DNA of 64,000 nucleotides, taken from positions 47,202 to 111,201 of the forward strand of contig JBGSZS010000011.1 in NCBI GenBank assembly GCA_041750285.1, given 5' to 3'. Positions 45,101 through 54,019 of this stretch are shown one piece after another. This DNA is from Candidatus Fermentibacteraceae bacterium (lineage in GTDB: Bacteria > Fermentibacterota > Fermentibacteria > Fermentibacterales > JCC-6). The position numbers and the translations under genes are program-made. Numbering within the stretch: position 1 is the first letter of the stretch; every line of letters begins with the position of its first letter. The notes below the pieces were generated by a model, which ran no database searches, was not told the DNA's origin, and saw only the letters and a list, made by a program, of their open reading frames with translations.

Positions 45101-45267
45101 AGCTCCTCGTGATCCATTGATTCCGACAGAAGCGTGAAACCCGTGAGGTCAAGGAAAAGAACGGCCGCCCTCCGCCGTTCACCTTCGGTCAGTTTCGCCG
45201 TGCCGCCGCACGAAAGCGCTCCGGCTCCGGCGATCCTTTCCATGGCGTCATCAAGGACCATCGACAT
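42148..45267 (-). CDS. class III adenylate/guanylate cyclase - AAA/STAND ATPase - TPR multidomain protein
   Basis: The N-terminus AAVLFLDLTGFT...KFEGDRLMALFG is the cyclase catalytic domain. A P-loop (CADAGIGKSRL) follows, then a long TPR-like C-terminal half. Confidence 0.85.
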   Translation of the reverse strand: MSMVLDDAMERIAGAGALSCGGTAKLTEGERRRAAVLFLDLTGFTLLSESMDHEELHLLLGRIMGLLSTVVTLYGGYVDKFEGDRLMALFGAVAATENDSVRAVGCALRMLELLEDIRGALGGAAAVSARVGIDFGPLTVAPDPSGHITATGLTVNIASRLEEAAMTGSTLVSGAVRRECGDLYSWRDLGSMTVRGTGSEIDSFRPLGPGRLRMERWQRAARLTGSPFVGRREITDRIVNAIHESSQEGSEPAVFLICADAGIGKSRLAHHCVSDRTGFRVLHGKALSHAQPSCWLWISLLRDFFDADENSGGSREWYASAIRTLSAKCPVARTRAALDNLAESIAEILSLDAVGLKGGAAANSQSVMNAIRPALEAVFSMGDTLLLLEDLHWADEVSLSVLRGVLSQGMMVLPSGIIMTSRPPVPDLGFPLFAPERIELAPLSDDDTIGIASHILSLPPWKQLQPELAELIRRVARGNPFVVEELVLSLIESGGLREVEPGTWEQTVPCDRVRIPSSISVLTQARMDRLPGEERRILQYASVLGERFSRELLETVLKDLSLNAERLGQTMAGLVEKGFLSELGPMELGFRHALVGMAAYETLLKQNARVLHRTAALALERIYPTETDALSPVIFSHWDSACDTENALKWALRAMRIARDGGRPEEANGLSERILELTGDAIDDGMWQASMQALLVRQEMVERRGAHEEALGIVDRMLAEAGLRKSPLWLATSLRAKAKVLQELGRNAEFERTIQDALNAAVDSGDEIIAAKTKMTLANHRSSVGLSDSAMALYREAAETLEKHGLGSEAASLLSNMAVHAFRQGDDRLSESYAELAVQTHARHGNLQGLGYSLNSLAIACARKGKFDRAGELFLEALDAARKTGDRVHECTVLGNLGLLATKLGDIGGAMEYTNDSLELARSSRNYRTTATSLVNRARIQWLSGDREGACASARESLKVNELAGDVLNTAYANGVLGLVLLDSGATDEALLVCEELRRHVDEHSIRKEMLEDYCRLLDELERLGFDVPRPESWAGTVP

Positions 45268-45333
45268 GTTTTCAAGTGTCAGCCGCTTGTCCAGCTCACC
45301 CTCCGTTCGGGCTGCGTGCCATTATTGCCACAG

Positions 45334-47235
45334 TCAGTCCCTGGCGAGAACCACCACCCTGTCTCCCGGGCCAAGTGTTACGGGGCGTGATTTGGGCGGG
45401 TTGATGAAGATCCCGCCGCCGGTCCTGTAACCAAGAGCTGTCTTGCCCCGTTTGATGGCTGAGGCGACGATCGTGTGGAAATTGGTCACGACCCCGCACT
45501 GCACGTAAACGTCAGCCGGCTTGAGGTATATCTCGGAACCGTCCGGATCGAACAACTCGCTGAATACGTCCTTCAGCCTCCGGTTCTCGGAGATCTGCGT
45601 CAGAAGAAGGCTTACGAGCTTGTCACTGACAATGAAGTCGTCGGTGTTCGAAACCTCGGCAAGCCTTCTGTTCCGTTCATCCAGCATCTCCGTCACGATG
45701 GTGAAGGAGTGACCGCCCCTTTTCCGGATGTCGCGGAGATGGAGGAGGGTTATCAGAGTCCTGGCGTCTGCCTGCTGGGGCGGGAGGTGCTCGGAACAGC
45801 TCTGGATTATCACGTGATCGCAGGCATCCATGTCCAGGGAGTCGAGGAAAGCCCTGTCCGTTATGTCTCCGTGGTGAAGGCTGACATCGAGGTTCCTGAG
45901 ACCTGTCGAATCCAATTCCCCATTTTCAGTGGCAAGTGTGAGCCTGGAGCCCGGGGCGGCGTAGCTGTCAAGTTCCTGGACGATCATGGGCACCTTGCGG
46001 TTCCATCCGAGAAGCAGGATGCATTCCGGAATGGGGCGTTCTTCACGTGCAGCGGCGATGAGGGATTCGTTGACCCGCACGGTCTGAATGCCGGAAACCC
46101 TTGTTGCATCGTCATCCGCTGCGATCACGACTATACCGTGATCCCGTCCGACAACAGTGTCCGCCGGAGGATTGAGAAGGATCGTTCCCTCCCTGTCGAT
46201 GAGCCCTATCAGACATGAATCCTCGAAGGCGTGAACCGCCCTGGAGTAGGGTTCACCGGCCAGCAGCCTCTCCCGACTGAAATAGATCTCGTTCCCCTCG
46301 AAGCCGAGCAGTTCGCTGTAAACGCTCGAAAGGCCGGGCTGCCTGCAGGTCTGTGCGGTGATCCTTGCGATGATGTCTCCCGCCAGGATGAGCCGTGCCT
46401 CACTTCCTCCCACCATCTCCGCAACCCTCAGATTGTCGGGCGACCTGAGAATGCTCACTATGTGGTAGGGTTCGGTCTTTCTTGCGGGATTGTTCACGAG
46501 CGCCAGCATGGTCTTGATGACGGAGGAGTCAGGGGCATCGTCATCGGGCGGGAGGATGATGACCGATGAAGCGTCCCTGTGGTTGACTATCTCGAGGTCT
46601 ATCGTCTCGATGGGGCAGCCCGTGCGGCATACCACCTTCGTGGAGCCCCTTCGGGGAATCCTGACCCTCAGTTCATCCTCCATCTCAACCTTGTCACGCT
46701 CGGCCAGAATGGCGATGCATGCCTTCCTGCGGGATGCGTTTGCCTCAACGAGTTCGGAGACCACGGTGAAAACCTGGGAACTCCATCCCAGAACGACCGT
46801 ATGCCCTCGTTCGGCAACGAAAGAGCGTCCCTTTCTCATGGCATCGAGCCTGTTCTCGATACCAGTCGTGATGATTCCGATAAGCGTTCCCATGACGAAA
46901 AGTCCGCCAACTGTTACTGTGAGCATCGCGAGCAGGAAGAAAAGTGAACCCTGGTCTCCGGCCATGTTCCCGGGGTCTATCGCCCTCATCAGGCTTGCCC
47001 AGGCGATGCCGAAAAAATCCCTTTCCAGCGGATCTGTGCCTGACGCAGCAACCATGGAAGCGACAACCAGGACAAGAAGGGCGGTGACGATGAACAGCAT
47101 CGCTATCATCGAACCGGCTCCCCTTGCGGTCATGCCGTCGAACCAGTAGCGGAACCTTCTGCCGAAGCCCATGCCTCCCATTGGAACCCCCTGTTCGTCA
47201 GTGTGCGTCATCCGGGTGGGGTGCGTGAGTGCCAA
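45334..47235 (-). CDS. CASTOR/POLLUX-related putative ion channel with tandem RCK/TrkA-N-like domains
   Basis: N-terminal RFRYWFDG...TM helices...pore-like TVTVGG segment, then HTVVLGWS and ILLLGWN Rossmann starts. The start codon is uncertain. Confidence 0.65.
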   Translation of the reverse strand: MALTHPTRMTHTDEQGVPMGGMGFGRRFRYWFDGMTARGAGSMIAMLFIVTALLVLVVASMVAASGTDPLERDFFGIAWASLMRAIDPGNMAGDQGSLFFLLAMLTVTVGGLFVMGTLIGIITTGIENRLDAMRKGRSFVAERGHTVVLGWSSQVFTVVSELVEANASRRKACIAILAERDKVEMEDELRVRIPRRGSTKVVCRTGCPIETIDLEIVNHRDASSVIILPPDDDAPDSSVIKTMLALVNNPARKTEPYHIVSILRSPDNLRVAEMVGGSEARLILAGDIIARITAQTCRQPGLSSVYSELLGFEGNEIYFSRERLLAGEPYSRAVHAFEDSCLIGLIDREGTILLNPPADTVVGRDHGIVVIAADDDATRVSGIQTVRVNESLIAAAREERPIPECILLLGWNRKVPMIVQELDSYAAPGSRLTLATENGELDSTGLRNLDVSLHHGDITDRAFLDSLDMDACDHVIIQSCSEHLPPQQADARTLITLLHLRDIRKRGGHSFTIVTEMLDERNRRLAEVSNTDDFIVSDKLVSLLLTQISENRRLKDVFSELFDPDGSEIYLKPADVYVQCGVVTNFHTIVASAIKRGKTALGYRTGGGIFINPPKSRPVTLGPGDRVVVLARD

Positions 47236-47275
47236 GGTGAGAATATATGCCAGAAACGGCAGCGGTTCACCCGGG

Positions 47276-47304
47276 TTGACAGGACAGTGTCCGGTGCGAT
47301 ATTG
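47276..47304 (+). promoter_or_regulatory. sigma70-like promoter of the tetR-RND operon
   Basis: TTGACA-N16-GATATT (or N17-ATATTG). Confidence 0.5.
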
Positions 47305-47308
47305 CCGA

Positions 47309-47324
47309 CTGACCGTTCGGTCAG
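47309..47324. promoter_or_regulatory. perfect palindrome CTGACCG-TT-CGGTCAG, candidate TetR operator
   Basis: Perfect 7-2-7 inverted repeat, 5 nt downstream of the -10 element and 15 nt upstream of the tetR ATG. Confidence 0.55.
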
Positions 47325-47339
47325 CTTGGAGGCACGTTC

Positions 47340-47954
47340 ATGGATCCATCATCGAGTTCGAAGGACAGAATACTGGATGCGGCAGGTCAGGTGTTCCGCG
47401 AGAAGGGCTTTGCAGGGGCTTCCATGCAGCTTATTGCCCGGAAGGCCGGTGTTTCCAAGAGCCTGCTGTACCATCATTTCGAATCCAAGCAGGAGCTCTG
47501 GCGCGCCATGGTCGACCAGTGCTTCCAGCGCTCCGGGATACTTGAGCGTTTCTACAGCATAGTCGCAAGCGGAGACATGAGGAGCCTTGCGGATTTCGCC
47601 GAGGGTGAGGAAGGGCTTTTCCACTTTCTTGGACGCAATCCCGGTGTTGTCCGCATGATGAACTGGCTCGACCTCGAGGGAGGGTTTGGAAAGGGCTTTC
47701 CGGATCCCTGTGCAAGGGATGCGGTTCTTGCAAGGATTCGCGAAATGGTCGACCGCGGAGTGATACGGGCCGACATCGACCCGGTGGTGCTGCCCATAGT
47801 CTACATGTCCATCTGCGTGAACTGGTTCAGCGCCCGCTGGAAGTACCTGGACTGGTTTGCCGGGGAAAGGGACGAGGAAAGCATAGACCGCCGGTTCATC
47901 AGGGGTGCCATAGACATTCTTCTGAGGGGGATGACACCTGATGGGAAGGATTGA
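47340..47954 (+). CDS. TetR/AcrR family transcriptional regulator
   Basis: The HTH ILDAAGQVFREKGFAGASMQLIARKAGVSKSLLYHHFESKQELW. Confidence 0.9.
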   Translation: MDPSSSSKDRILDAAGQVFREKGFAGASMQLIARKAGVSKSLLYHHFESKQELWRAMVDQCFQRSGILERFYSIVASGDMRSLADFAEGEEGLFHFLGRNPGVVRMMNWLDLEGGFGKGFPDPCARDAVLARIREMVDRGVIRADIDPVVLPIVYMSICVNWFSARWKYLDWFAGERDEESIDRRFIRGAIDILLRGMTPDGKD

Positions 47955-49005
47955 ACTCCTTGCCGGATCTCTGATGCTCGTTTCGGCTGTGTCCTGCGGA
48001 ACACCCGGAGCCGGGCAATCAAGGGTGGTCTCGGTCACCGTCGAAGAGGCCCGCGCAGGGGGCTTCACGCGAAACGTCATGGCGCCTGCATTTCTTGAGT
48101 CAGCCGATGAAGCCCTTGTGGAGGTGTCCGTTCCGGGAAGGATCACCGCGGTCCACGTTGCCGAGGGGGATACCGTTGTTGCGGGAGAGATCCTTGTTTC
48201 AACCACGACAGACGGTGCAGGCGCTTCGGGAGTATCCGCCTCACTCGCAGCGGTTTCCGCATGCGAGGCCCTCGATGACTACCACCGTGGCAACCTCGAA
48301 AGGGTTGCCTCGCTGCTCGAAACGGGTGCCGCGAGTCCCGGGGACTACGAGAAAGCTCTTGCCGGGGCCCGGACTGCCGCCTCATCCCTGAGCTCGGCAA
48401 GGGCCGCCCATGCCGGCGCACTGGACGGTCTTTCCAGGGGAACGGTCGCAGCCCCTTTTACAGGGATCGTCACCCGTGTGCTGGCGAGGGTTGGTAATCC
48501 CGCGGCAGGGCCGATGGTGGCGCTGTCCGGCATTGGAGCCCTTCAGTGCAGGGTTTTCCTTTCACAGAACTCGCTTCCCTGGATCGAACCGGGTCTTCCC
48601 GCCTTCTTCGTCACCAGCCATCATCCGGGGCTCCTCTTCATGGGAACTGTATCGGCCGCCGCTTCTTCGGTCGACCCCGCAAGCGGACTCGTCCCCGTAA
48701 CCGTTCAGATCCCCGATTCCACCGGGCTCCTTCTTTCCGGCATGTCGGGCATGGTGACGATAGCCCTCGAGACCCTTCCCGGGGGAGTCGTTCTTCCAAG
48801 GAATGCCTTCATCACCGATCCAGACGGCCTCGACCGGGTATTCCTGATCAGGCGCGGAAGGGCGGTGGCAGTCGGGCCGGTCACCGGTCCGGAGAGCGGG
48901 TTCGATCGTCTGGTGCTTTCGGGGGTTCTTCCGGGTGACAGCGTCGTGCTCATGGGCAACAGACTGCTGACGGAGGGAGACAGCGTGAGGGTGGTTGCGC
49001 AGTGA
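47941..49005 (+). CDS. efflux RND periplasmic adaptor subunit (lipoprotein)
   Basis: Lipobox VSAVSC, with lipoyl/barrel-sandwich segments (GRITAVHVAEGDTVVAGEIL). Confidence 0.8.
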   Translation: MGRIELLAGSLMLVSAVSCGTPGAGQSRVVSVTVEEARAGGFTRNVMAPAFLESADEALVEVSVPGRITAVHVAEGDTVVAGEILVSTTTDGAGASGVSASLAAVSACEALDDYHRGNLERVASLLETGAASPGDYEKALAGARTAASSLSSARAAHAGALDGLSRGTVAAPFTGIVTRVLARVGNPAAGPMVALSGIGALQCRVFLSQNSLPWIEPGLPAFFVTSHHPGLLFMGTVSAAASSVDPASGLVPVTVQIPDSTGLLLSGMSGMVTIALETLPGGVVLPRNAFITDPDGLDRVFLIRRGRAVAVGPVTGPESGFDRLVLSGVLPGDSVVLMGNRLLTEGDSVRVVAQ

Positions 49006-52000
49006 GCCTTCCCGGACTCGCCGTCAGGAGGAAGACCGCGTTCACGATGCTTTTCCTGCTCATGGCAGGGGCGGGTGTGTTCGGATTCCTCCAGATGGGC
49101 CTCGATTTCTTCCCACCCGTCGACACGGGGTCCATCGTGATCGTAACGATCCTGCCGGGAGCGGGACCGGAGGAGATCGAAACCCTTGTCACGGACATTA
49201 TCGAGGGGGCGGTGAGCGGGGTGGAATCGGTATCCACCGTGGAGTCCGAAAGCAGCGCCTCCGTCAGCGGGATAACCGTGGAGCTTTCCCTGGGAGCCGA
49301 CATCGAAGCGGCCGAGGAGGATATCCGCAAAGCAGTCGATTCGGTTCGCGACGACCTTCCCGATAATGCCCGCGAACCCCTGATCATGGCCCTTGAATCG
49401 AGTTACAAACCTCTTGTGATAGTTGGTTTCGAGAGTTCCACACTTCCAAGCCACGAACTGAGGCGGGTGGTGGAAGAAGAGATCGTCCCCGTGCTGGGCA
49501 GGGTCGAGGGCATATCCGGAACGACGGTCAGCGGAGGTGAGGAGAGGATCGTGAGGGTCGGGGCCGATCCGGTGCTTCTCTGGAGAAGGGGGCTCACCAT
49601 CTCCGCCGTCTACGGCGCCCTTTCCGCCGTCCAGTCCGATCAGCCCGGCGGAATGCTCGAGTCAGCGGAGCTTGAGACATCCATGAGCATGAAGACGGGT
49701 TTCAGAAACCTCAACCAGATAAACGAACTGGTCGTCGGGGAGTACGGTGGTACCCCCGTGCGGATCCGGGATGTGGCCGACGTTGCTTCCGGCCACCGCG
49801 AGCAGGTGAACAGGGTCAGGCTTGATGGCAGCAACACCGTTGTCGTCGTGTTCAGGAAGAGTGCCGACGCAAACACGGTGGAGACTTGCAGAGCCCTTGA
49901 TGAGGAACTCTCGAGGATCGGGGCCATCTACTCCCACATGCTTTCCCCCAGCGTTGTCTACACGCAGGAAAGCTTCATTGCCGACTCGGTGGAAAGCCTG
50001 ACCTGGACCGCCCTGCAGGCGATACTCCTGGCAGCGGCAGTACTCGTCCTGTTCCTCGGTTCCTTCGCGAACGCCGGGATAGTGAGCATCTCCATGCCCG
50101 TCTCCTTCATTGCGACCTTCGCGGCCATGAGGCTCGCCGGAGTGAACCTCAACATCCTGTCCCTGGCGGGGCTGAGCATTTCCATCGGAATGATCGTAGA
50201 CAACTCCGTGGTGGTTCTGGAGAACGTGCACAGGCTCGCAGCAGGCGGGGCCGACCGGATCACCTCCGCCGACAGGGGAGCCTCTGAGGTGGGTCTGGCC
50301 GTTACCGCATCGGCACTCACCACGGTGGCCGTCTTCATTCCGATGCTGTTCGTGAAGGGGATGACGGGACAGATCTTCCGTGACCTCAGCATTACGATCG
50401 CAGCAGCGATCCTCATCAGCCTTTTCGTCAGCCAGACCCTCATTCCAATGCTTGCTTCGCTGCCGAAGAGCGTGGTAAGACACCACAGGCGCGGATCCCT
50501 CCTCGCCTGGTTCGTTGAAAGGGTCGACGGCCTCGAGCTGTTCTACGCGCGCGTCCTTTCCTGGTGCCTTGACAGGAAAGCCCTTCTTCTGTGGCTTCTC
50601 CTGGCCCTGGTGCTGGGAACCGGCGCCCTTCTGCCCCTCATACCCACGGCTTTCCTGCCCGAGCTCAAGGAGGGGGTGGTCGAGATCAACGCCACCCTTC
50701 CCCAGGGCACAAGCCTCGCCTTCGCTGACAGCGTTGCGGCCGCGCTGGAAGATTCACTGCTGGCAACGGTGCATCCCGGAGACCTGAGACACAGCTGGCT
50801 TCAGACCGGACGAAGCGAGGGGGTGGGTGCTATCTTCGGTTCGGACGCATCCTGCAGGATAAGCATATCGCTTTACTTTCAGGATGAGTCGCAGATGACG
50901 GGATCCATAAGCGATTACGAATCGGGCTTCAGGAACGTGCTGGACGCGGTACCGGGGCTGACTTACACCGTTGAGACCGGTCTGCCCATTGGCAACAGCT
51001 TCCCGATCCAGATCGCACTCTACGGCAACGACCTGGCCGGGCTAAGGGATGCGGGGGAGAGGCTCAAACGAGCTCTGACGGGCATTGAGGGAACGGTCGA
51101 CCACCGTTCATCCCTGGATGAGTGGGTTCCCCAGATCGATTTCATTCCCGATCCTGCCGTCATGTCGCTTCGTGGAGCATCTCCGGCGGCAGTCGCGGTC
51201 GAGGTGAGCATTGGCATGCTGGGGGTGGACGCCTCAGTGCTCACCGACAACGGCCGCCAGGTGCCGGTGAACCTTCAGTACCGTGAGGAGTTCCGCTCAA
51301 CCCCGGAGGCGGTGGCCGCCCTTCCGGTGTTCGGCGCGCCCCTCGATTCCTGGGGAAGGCTGGAGAGGTTGCAGGTTCCCCGTGGAATAAACCGCAGGGA
51401 CCGGTCAAGATGTGTCCTTGTATCGTGCGGTGTGCGGGGGAGGCCGCTCGGAGGGATGGAATCGGAGATCGATGAAGTGATGGACACGCTGGACCTGGGC
51501 GGAATGCGCTGGGAACTCCTTGGTGACATACCGGACCAGAGGGAGGCTTTCGGTGCCATGCAGCTTGCGATCATAGTGGCCGTTCTGCTCGTGTACATGG
51601 TCATGGCGGCCCAGTTCGAGTCCCTCCTCGAACCGTTCATCCTCATTCTGGAGATCCCCATGGCAATGGCGGGTGTCGTTCTGGTTCACCTGCTGACCGG
51701 AACCACCCTGGGGCTTACCTCACTCGTGGGCATACTCATGCTTGCGGGAATAGTGGTGAACAACGGGATCGTCCTTGTCGACTTCGCCAACAGGAAAAGG
51801 GCATCCGGGGGAGGAACGGCCGAGGAGGCAGTGATCCTTGCGGGCCGCACGAGGCTGAGGCCGATCCTGATGACCGCGGCCACTACCATCCTTGCCCTTC
51901 TCCCCCTGGCACTCGGGGGTTCGCCCAGCGCCGATGTCTGGGCGCCGATGGCAAGAACCGTCGCCGGGGGCATGCTTCTCGCCACCCCGTTGACCCTTCT

Positions 52001-52064
52001 GATCGTGCCGGTGCTTTACACCAGGATCGACGGCATTCGAAGGAAGGGCGGCAGAAAGCCATGA
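49002..52064 (+). CDS. efflux RND transporter permease (AcrB/HAE family)
   Basis: 1020 aa with 12-TM AcrB architecture. The conserved GMIVDNSVVVLEN and GIVVNNGIVLVDF TM4/TM10 motifs are present. Confidence 0.95.
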   Translation: MSLPGLAVRRKTAFTMLFLLMAGAGVFGFLQMGLDFFPPVDTGSIVIVTILPGAGPEEIETLVTDIIEGAVSGVESVSTVESESSASVSGITVELSLGADIEAAEEDIRKAVDSVRDDLPDNAREPLIMALESSYKPLVIVGFESSTLPSHELRRVVEEEIVPVLGRVEGISGTTVSGGEERIVRVGADPVLLWRRGLTISAVYGALSAVQSDQPGGMLESAELETSMSMKTGFRNLNQINELVVGEYGGTPVRIRDVADVASGHREQVNRVRLDGSNTVVVVFRKSADANTVETCRALDEELSRIGAIYSHMLSPSVVYTQESFIADSVESLTWTALQAILLAAAVLVLFLGSFANAGIVSISMPVSFIATFAAMRLAGVNLNILSLAGLSISIGMIVDNSVVVLENVHRLAAGGADRITSADRGASEVGLAVTASALTTVAVFIPMLFVKGMTGQIFRDLSITIAAAILISLFVSQTLIPMLASLPKSVVRHHRRGSLLAWFVERVDGLELFYARVLSWCLDRKALLLWLLLALVLGTGALLPLIPTAFLPELKEGVVEINATLPQGTSLAFADSVAAALEDSLLATVHPGDLRHSWLQTGRSEGVGAIFGSDASCRISISLYFQDESQMTGSISDYESGFRNVLDAVPGLTYTVETGLPIGNSFPIQIALYGNDLAGLRDAGERLKRALTGIEGTVDHRSSLDEWVPQIDFIPDPAVMSLRGASPAAVAVEVSIGMLGVDASVLTDNGRQVPVNLQYREEFRSTPEAVAALPVFGAPLDSWGRLERLQVPRGINRRDRSRCVLVSCGVRGRPLGGMESEIDEVMDTLDLGGMRWELLGDIPDQREAFGAMQLAIIVAVLLVYMVMAAQFESLLEPFILILEIPMAMAGVVLVHLLTGTTLGLTSLVGILMLAGIVVNNGIVLVDFANRKRASGGGTAEEAVILAGRTRLRPILMTAATTILALLPLALGGSPSADVWAPMARTVAGGMLLATPLTLLIVPVLYTRIDGIRRKGGRKP

Positions 52065-53122
52065 GAAACACGGCCGCTGCAGTACTCTCGATCGCTTTCC
52101 TTTCGGGGTGCTCCCCGGGCGGGACCGCTTCCCCGGGTCCGGTGGAAGTGGAAACACTTTCAGTCTCTCCTTCGGAGATCAGACTGACTGTCGAGTTCAG
52201 TGCCCGGTTGGAACCGGGCTCAGAGGCTTTTCTCGTGTCTCCGGGTGGATTGATCCGGTCGATAACCGTAAGCGAGGGGGATTCGGTGGAGACCGGAGAG
52301 GTCGTGGCGGTGCTGAGCGGCGACGCGGCTCTCTCGGGGGCCGCAGCCGCAGCAGGGGCAGAGCTGCATGCCGCTCTTGCCCGGGCGGAGAGCGCGGCGA
52401 ACGATGCTGCCCGCATCAGTGAACTTCACGAAGCGGGTGCGGTGAGTGATAACGCTCTTCTTGGCGCCCTTGCCGCCTCGGCTGCCGCAGAAGCCGCCGT
52501 TGATGCCGCCAGACACGCTAGTGCCGCGGCAGTCGCGGGGGAGAGGACGGGCATTCTGAGGGCTCCGTTCGATGGCATCGTTGGATCGGTCAGGGGAAGG
52601 GGAGGCATGCTTTCATCGCCCGGGGACATCGTCGCTTCAGTTATCGGCGGAGGCCTCATGGCAAGGCTTCTGGTTCCCGAACGCCACCTTCTGGAGATCC
52701 GTCCGGGGCTGACCTGCGAATTCCATCCCGGTGTGGGGGAATACCCTCCCCTTGAGGGTGTCGTTGAGACCGTGGCGCATTCCGTGGATCCGATAACGGG
52801 TCTCGTGCCGGTCACACTGTGCTTTTCGGGAGAAGGGGACACCCTGGTCCGTCCGGGCGTAAGCGGTGTTGTATCCATCGAACTGGTCCGGGTCCGGGAA
52901 GCAGTGGTTATCCCGGCGGACGCCGTTATCATCGCGGGAGGAACGATGCAGGTTCCCGTTCTGCTGGAGGAGGGGACCGTGGACTTCAGGGATGTGCAGG
53001 TCGGCATCCAGTCCGGTGATTCCATCGAGGTGAAAGGCGGCCTGGAGTTCGGTGAGGAGGTCGTAGTCGGATCATCAGCGCCCCTGGTTCGCGGCATCGG
53101 CGCAGTCAGGGTCGGACCCTGA
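52061..53122 (+). CDS. second efflux RND periplasmic adaptor subunit (lipoprotein)
   Basis: Lipobox FLSGC. GLIRSITVSEGDSVETGEVV lipoyl motif, an Ala-rich coiled-coil hairpin and beta-barrel segments. Confidence 0.75.
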   Translation: MRNTAAAVLSIAFLSGCSPGGTASPGPVEVETLSVSPSEIRLTVEFSARLEPGSEAFLVSPGGLIRSITVSEGDSVETGEVVAVLSGDAALSGAAAAAGAELHAALARAESAANDAARISELHEAGAVSDNALLGALAASAAAEAAVDAARHASAAAVAGERTGILRAPFDGIVGSVRGRGGMLSSPGDIVASVIGGGLMARLLVPERHLLEIRPGLTCEFHPGVGEYPPLEGVVETVAHSVDPITGLVPVTLCFSGEGDTLVRPGVSGVVSIELVRVREAVVIPADAVIIAGGTMQVPVLLEEGTVDFRDVQVGIQSGDSIEVKGGLEFGEEVVVGSSAPLVRGIGAVRVGP

Positions 53123-53140
53123 TCCATCCCGCCCTTCAGT

Positions 53141-54019
53141 GTGCATATTAGGCCCATTGGAATGGAGATGCCGGTGCGGATCATCCAGGTTTTAACAGCG
53201 GCCATTCTGCTTGTGGCCTGTTCCCGCGGCGAGATGGCCGACCCACTCGAAGACGCCTTTCTGAAAGCCGCGGACGCATACGCACGGGGCGACCTTGAAG
53301 GGTCGGAATCATGGCTTCGCTCAGTGCTCGCCGCCGATTCGGCAAACACTGATGCCTGGCACAACCTTTCAGTGGTCCTGCTGGAACAGGGAAGGTACGG
53401 AGAGGCTGCGGCCGCCGCCGGCAGGGTGCTGGAGCTGCAGCCTCGAAGAAGGGGGACCCGGGCCCTTCTCTGCGGAGCCCTGCTCGGAATGGGGAATGTT
53501 GGCGGCGCGATCACGGCGGGTGAACTTGCCGTGTCGACCGATCCATCCGACGCATCCGCCTTCAACAATCTGGGACGCGCCTACCTCGAGGCGGGAAGAC
53601 TGCCCGACGCCGCAGGATGCTTCATCACGGCCATACGAAGGGCTCCCTCCGACCCTTCACCCCATTACAATCTGGCCTGCATGCACATAATGGCCGGCGA
53701 GCCGGAATTGGCCCTTCCCCTCCTTCAGCAGACGGTTTCGCTTGCACCGGCGTATCCCGGAGCAAGAACCCAGCTTGCCGTTGTTTACGGAATGCTCGAG
53801 TCCTACGAGGAGGCTGGATACGAGGCCGGGATGGCTCTGGCCATGAATCCCCGCGACCTGATGGCGATGAACTGCCTTGCCCTGTCCCGCCAAAACCTCG
53901 GGATGAACGATCAGGCCGTTTCGATCTACAAGGAAATGCTCCCTCTGGTAGCCGATTCCCTCGCAAGGGAGCAACTTCTGTCAAGGATGGAGATGCTGGC
54001 CGGTGAAAACGAACGGTAG
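53141..54019 (+). CDS. TPR repeat lipoprotein
   Basis: LLVAC lipobox after MEMPVRIIQVL (the start may be 53162/53168), with at least 6 TPR-like repeats (W.NL...L...G.Y.EA). Confidence 0.7.
   Translation: MHIRPIGMEMPVRIIQVLTAAILLVACSRGEMADPLEDAFLKAADAYARGDLEGSESWLRSVLAADSANTDAWHNLSVVLLEQGRYGEAAAAAGRVLELQPRRRGTRALLCGALLGMGNVGGAITAGELAVSTDPSDASAFNNLGRAYLEAGRLPDAAGCFITAIRRAPSDPSPHYNLACMHIMAGEPELALPLLQQTVSLAPAYPGARTQLAVVYGMLESYEEAGYEAGMALAMNPRDLMAMNCLALSRQNLGMNDQAVSIYKEMLPLVADSLAREQLLSRMEMLAGENER

Noticed and set aside
42148-47235. Reading the cyclase plus membrane channel pair as a Pycsar/CBASS-like antiphage module.
   Set aside because: The cyclase is embedded in a 1039-aa regulatory STAND/TPR protein typical of signalling proteins. 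The channel has RCK domains but no cNMP-sensor domain. No other defence genes or mobile-element hallmarks are nearby. It is kept only as a low-interest signalling hypothesis.
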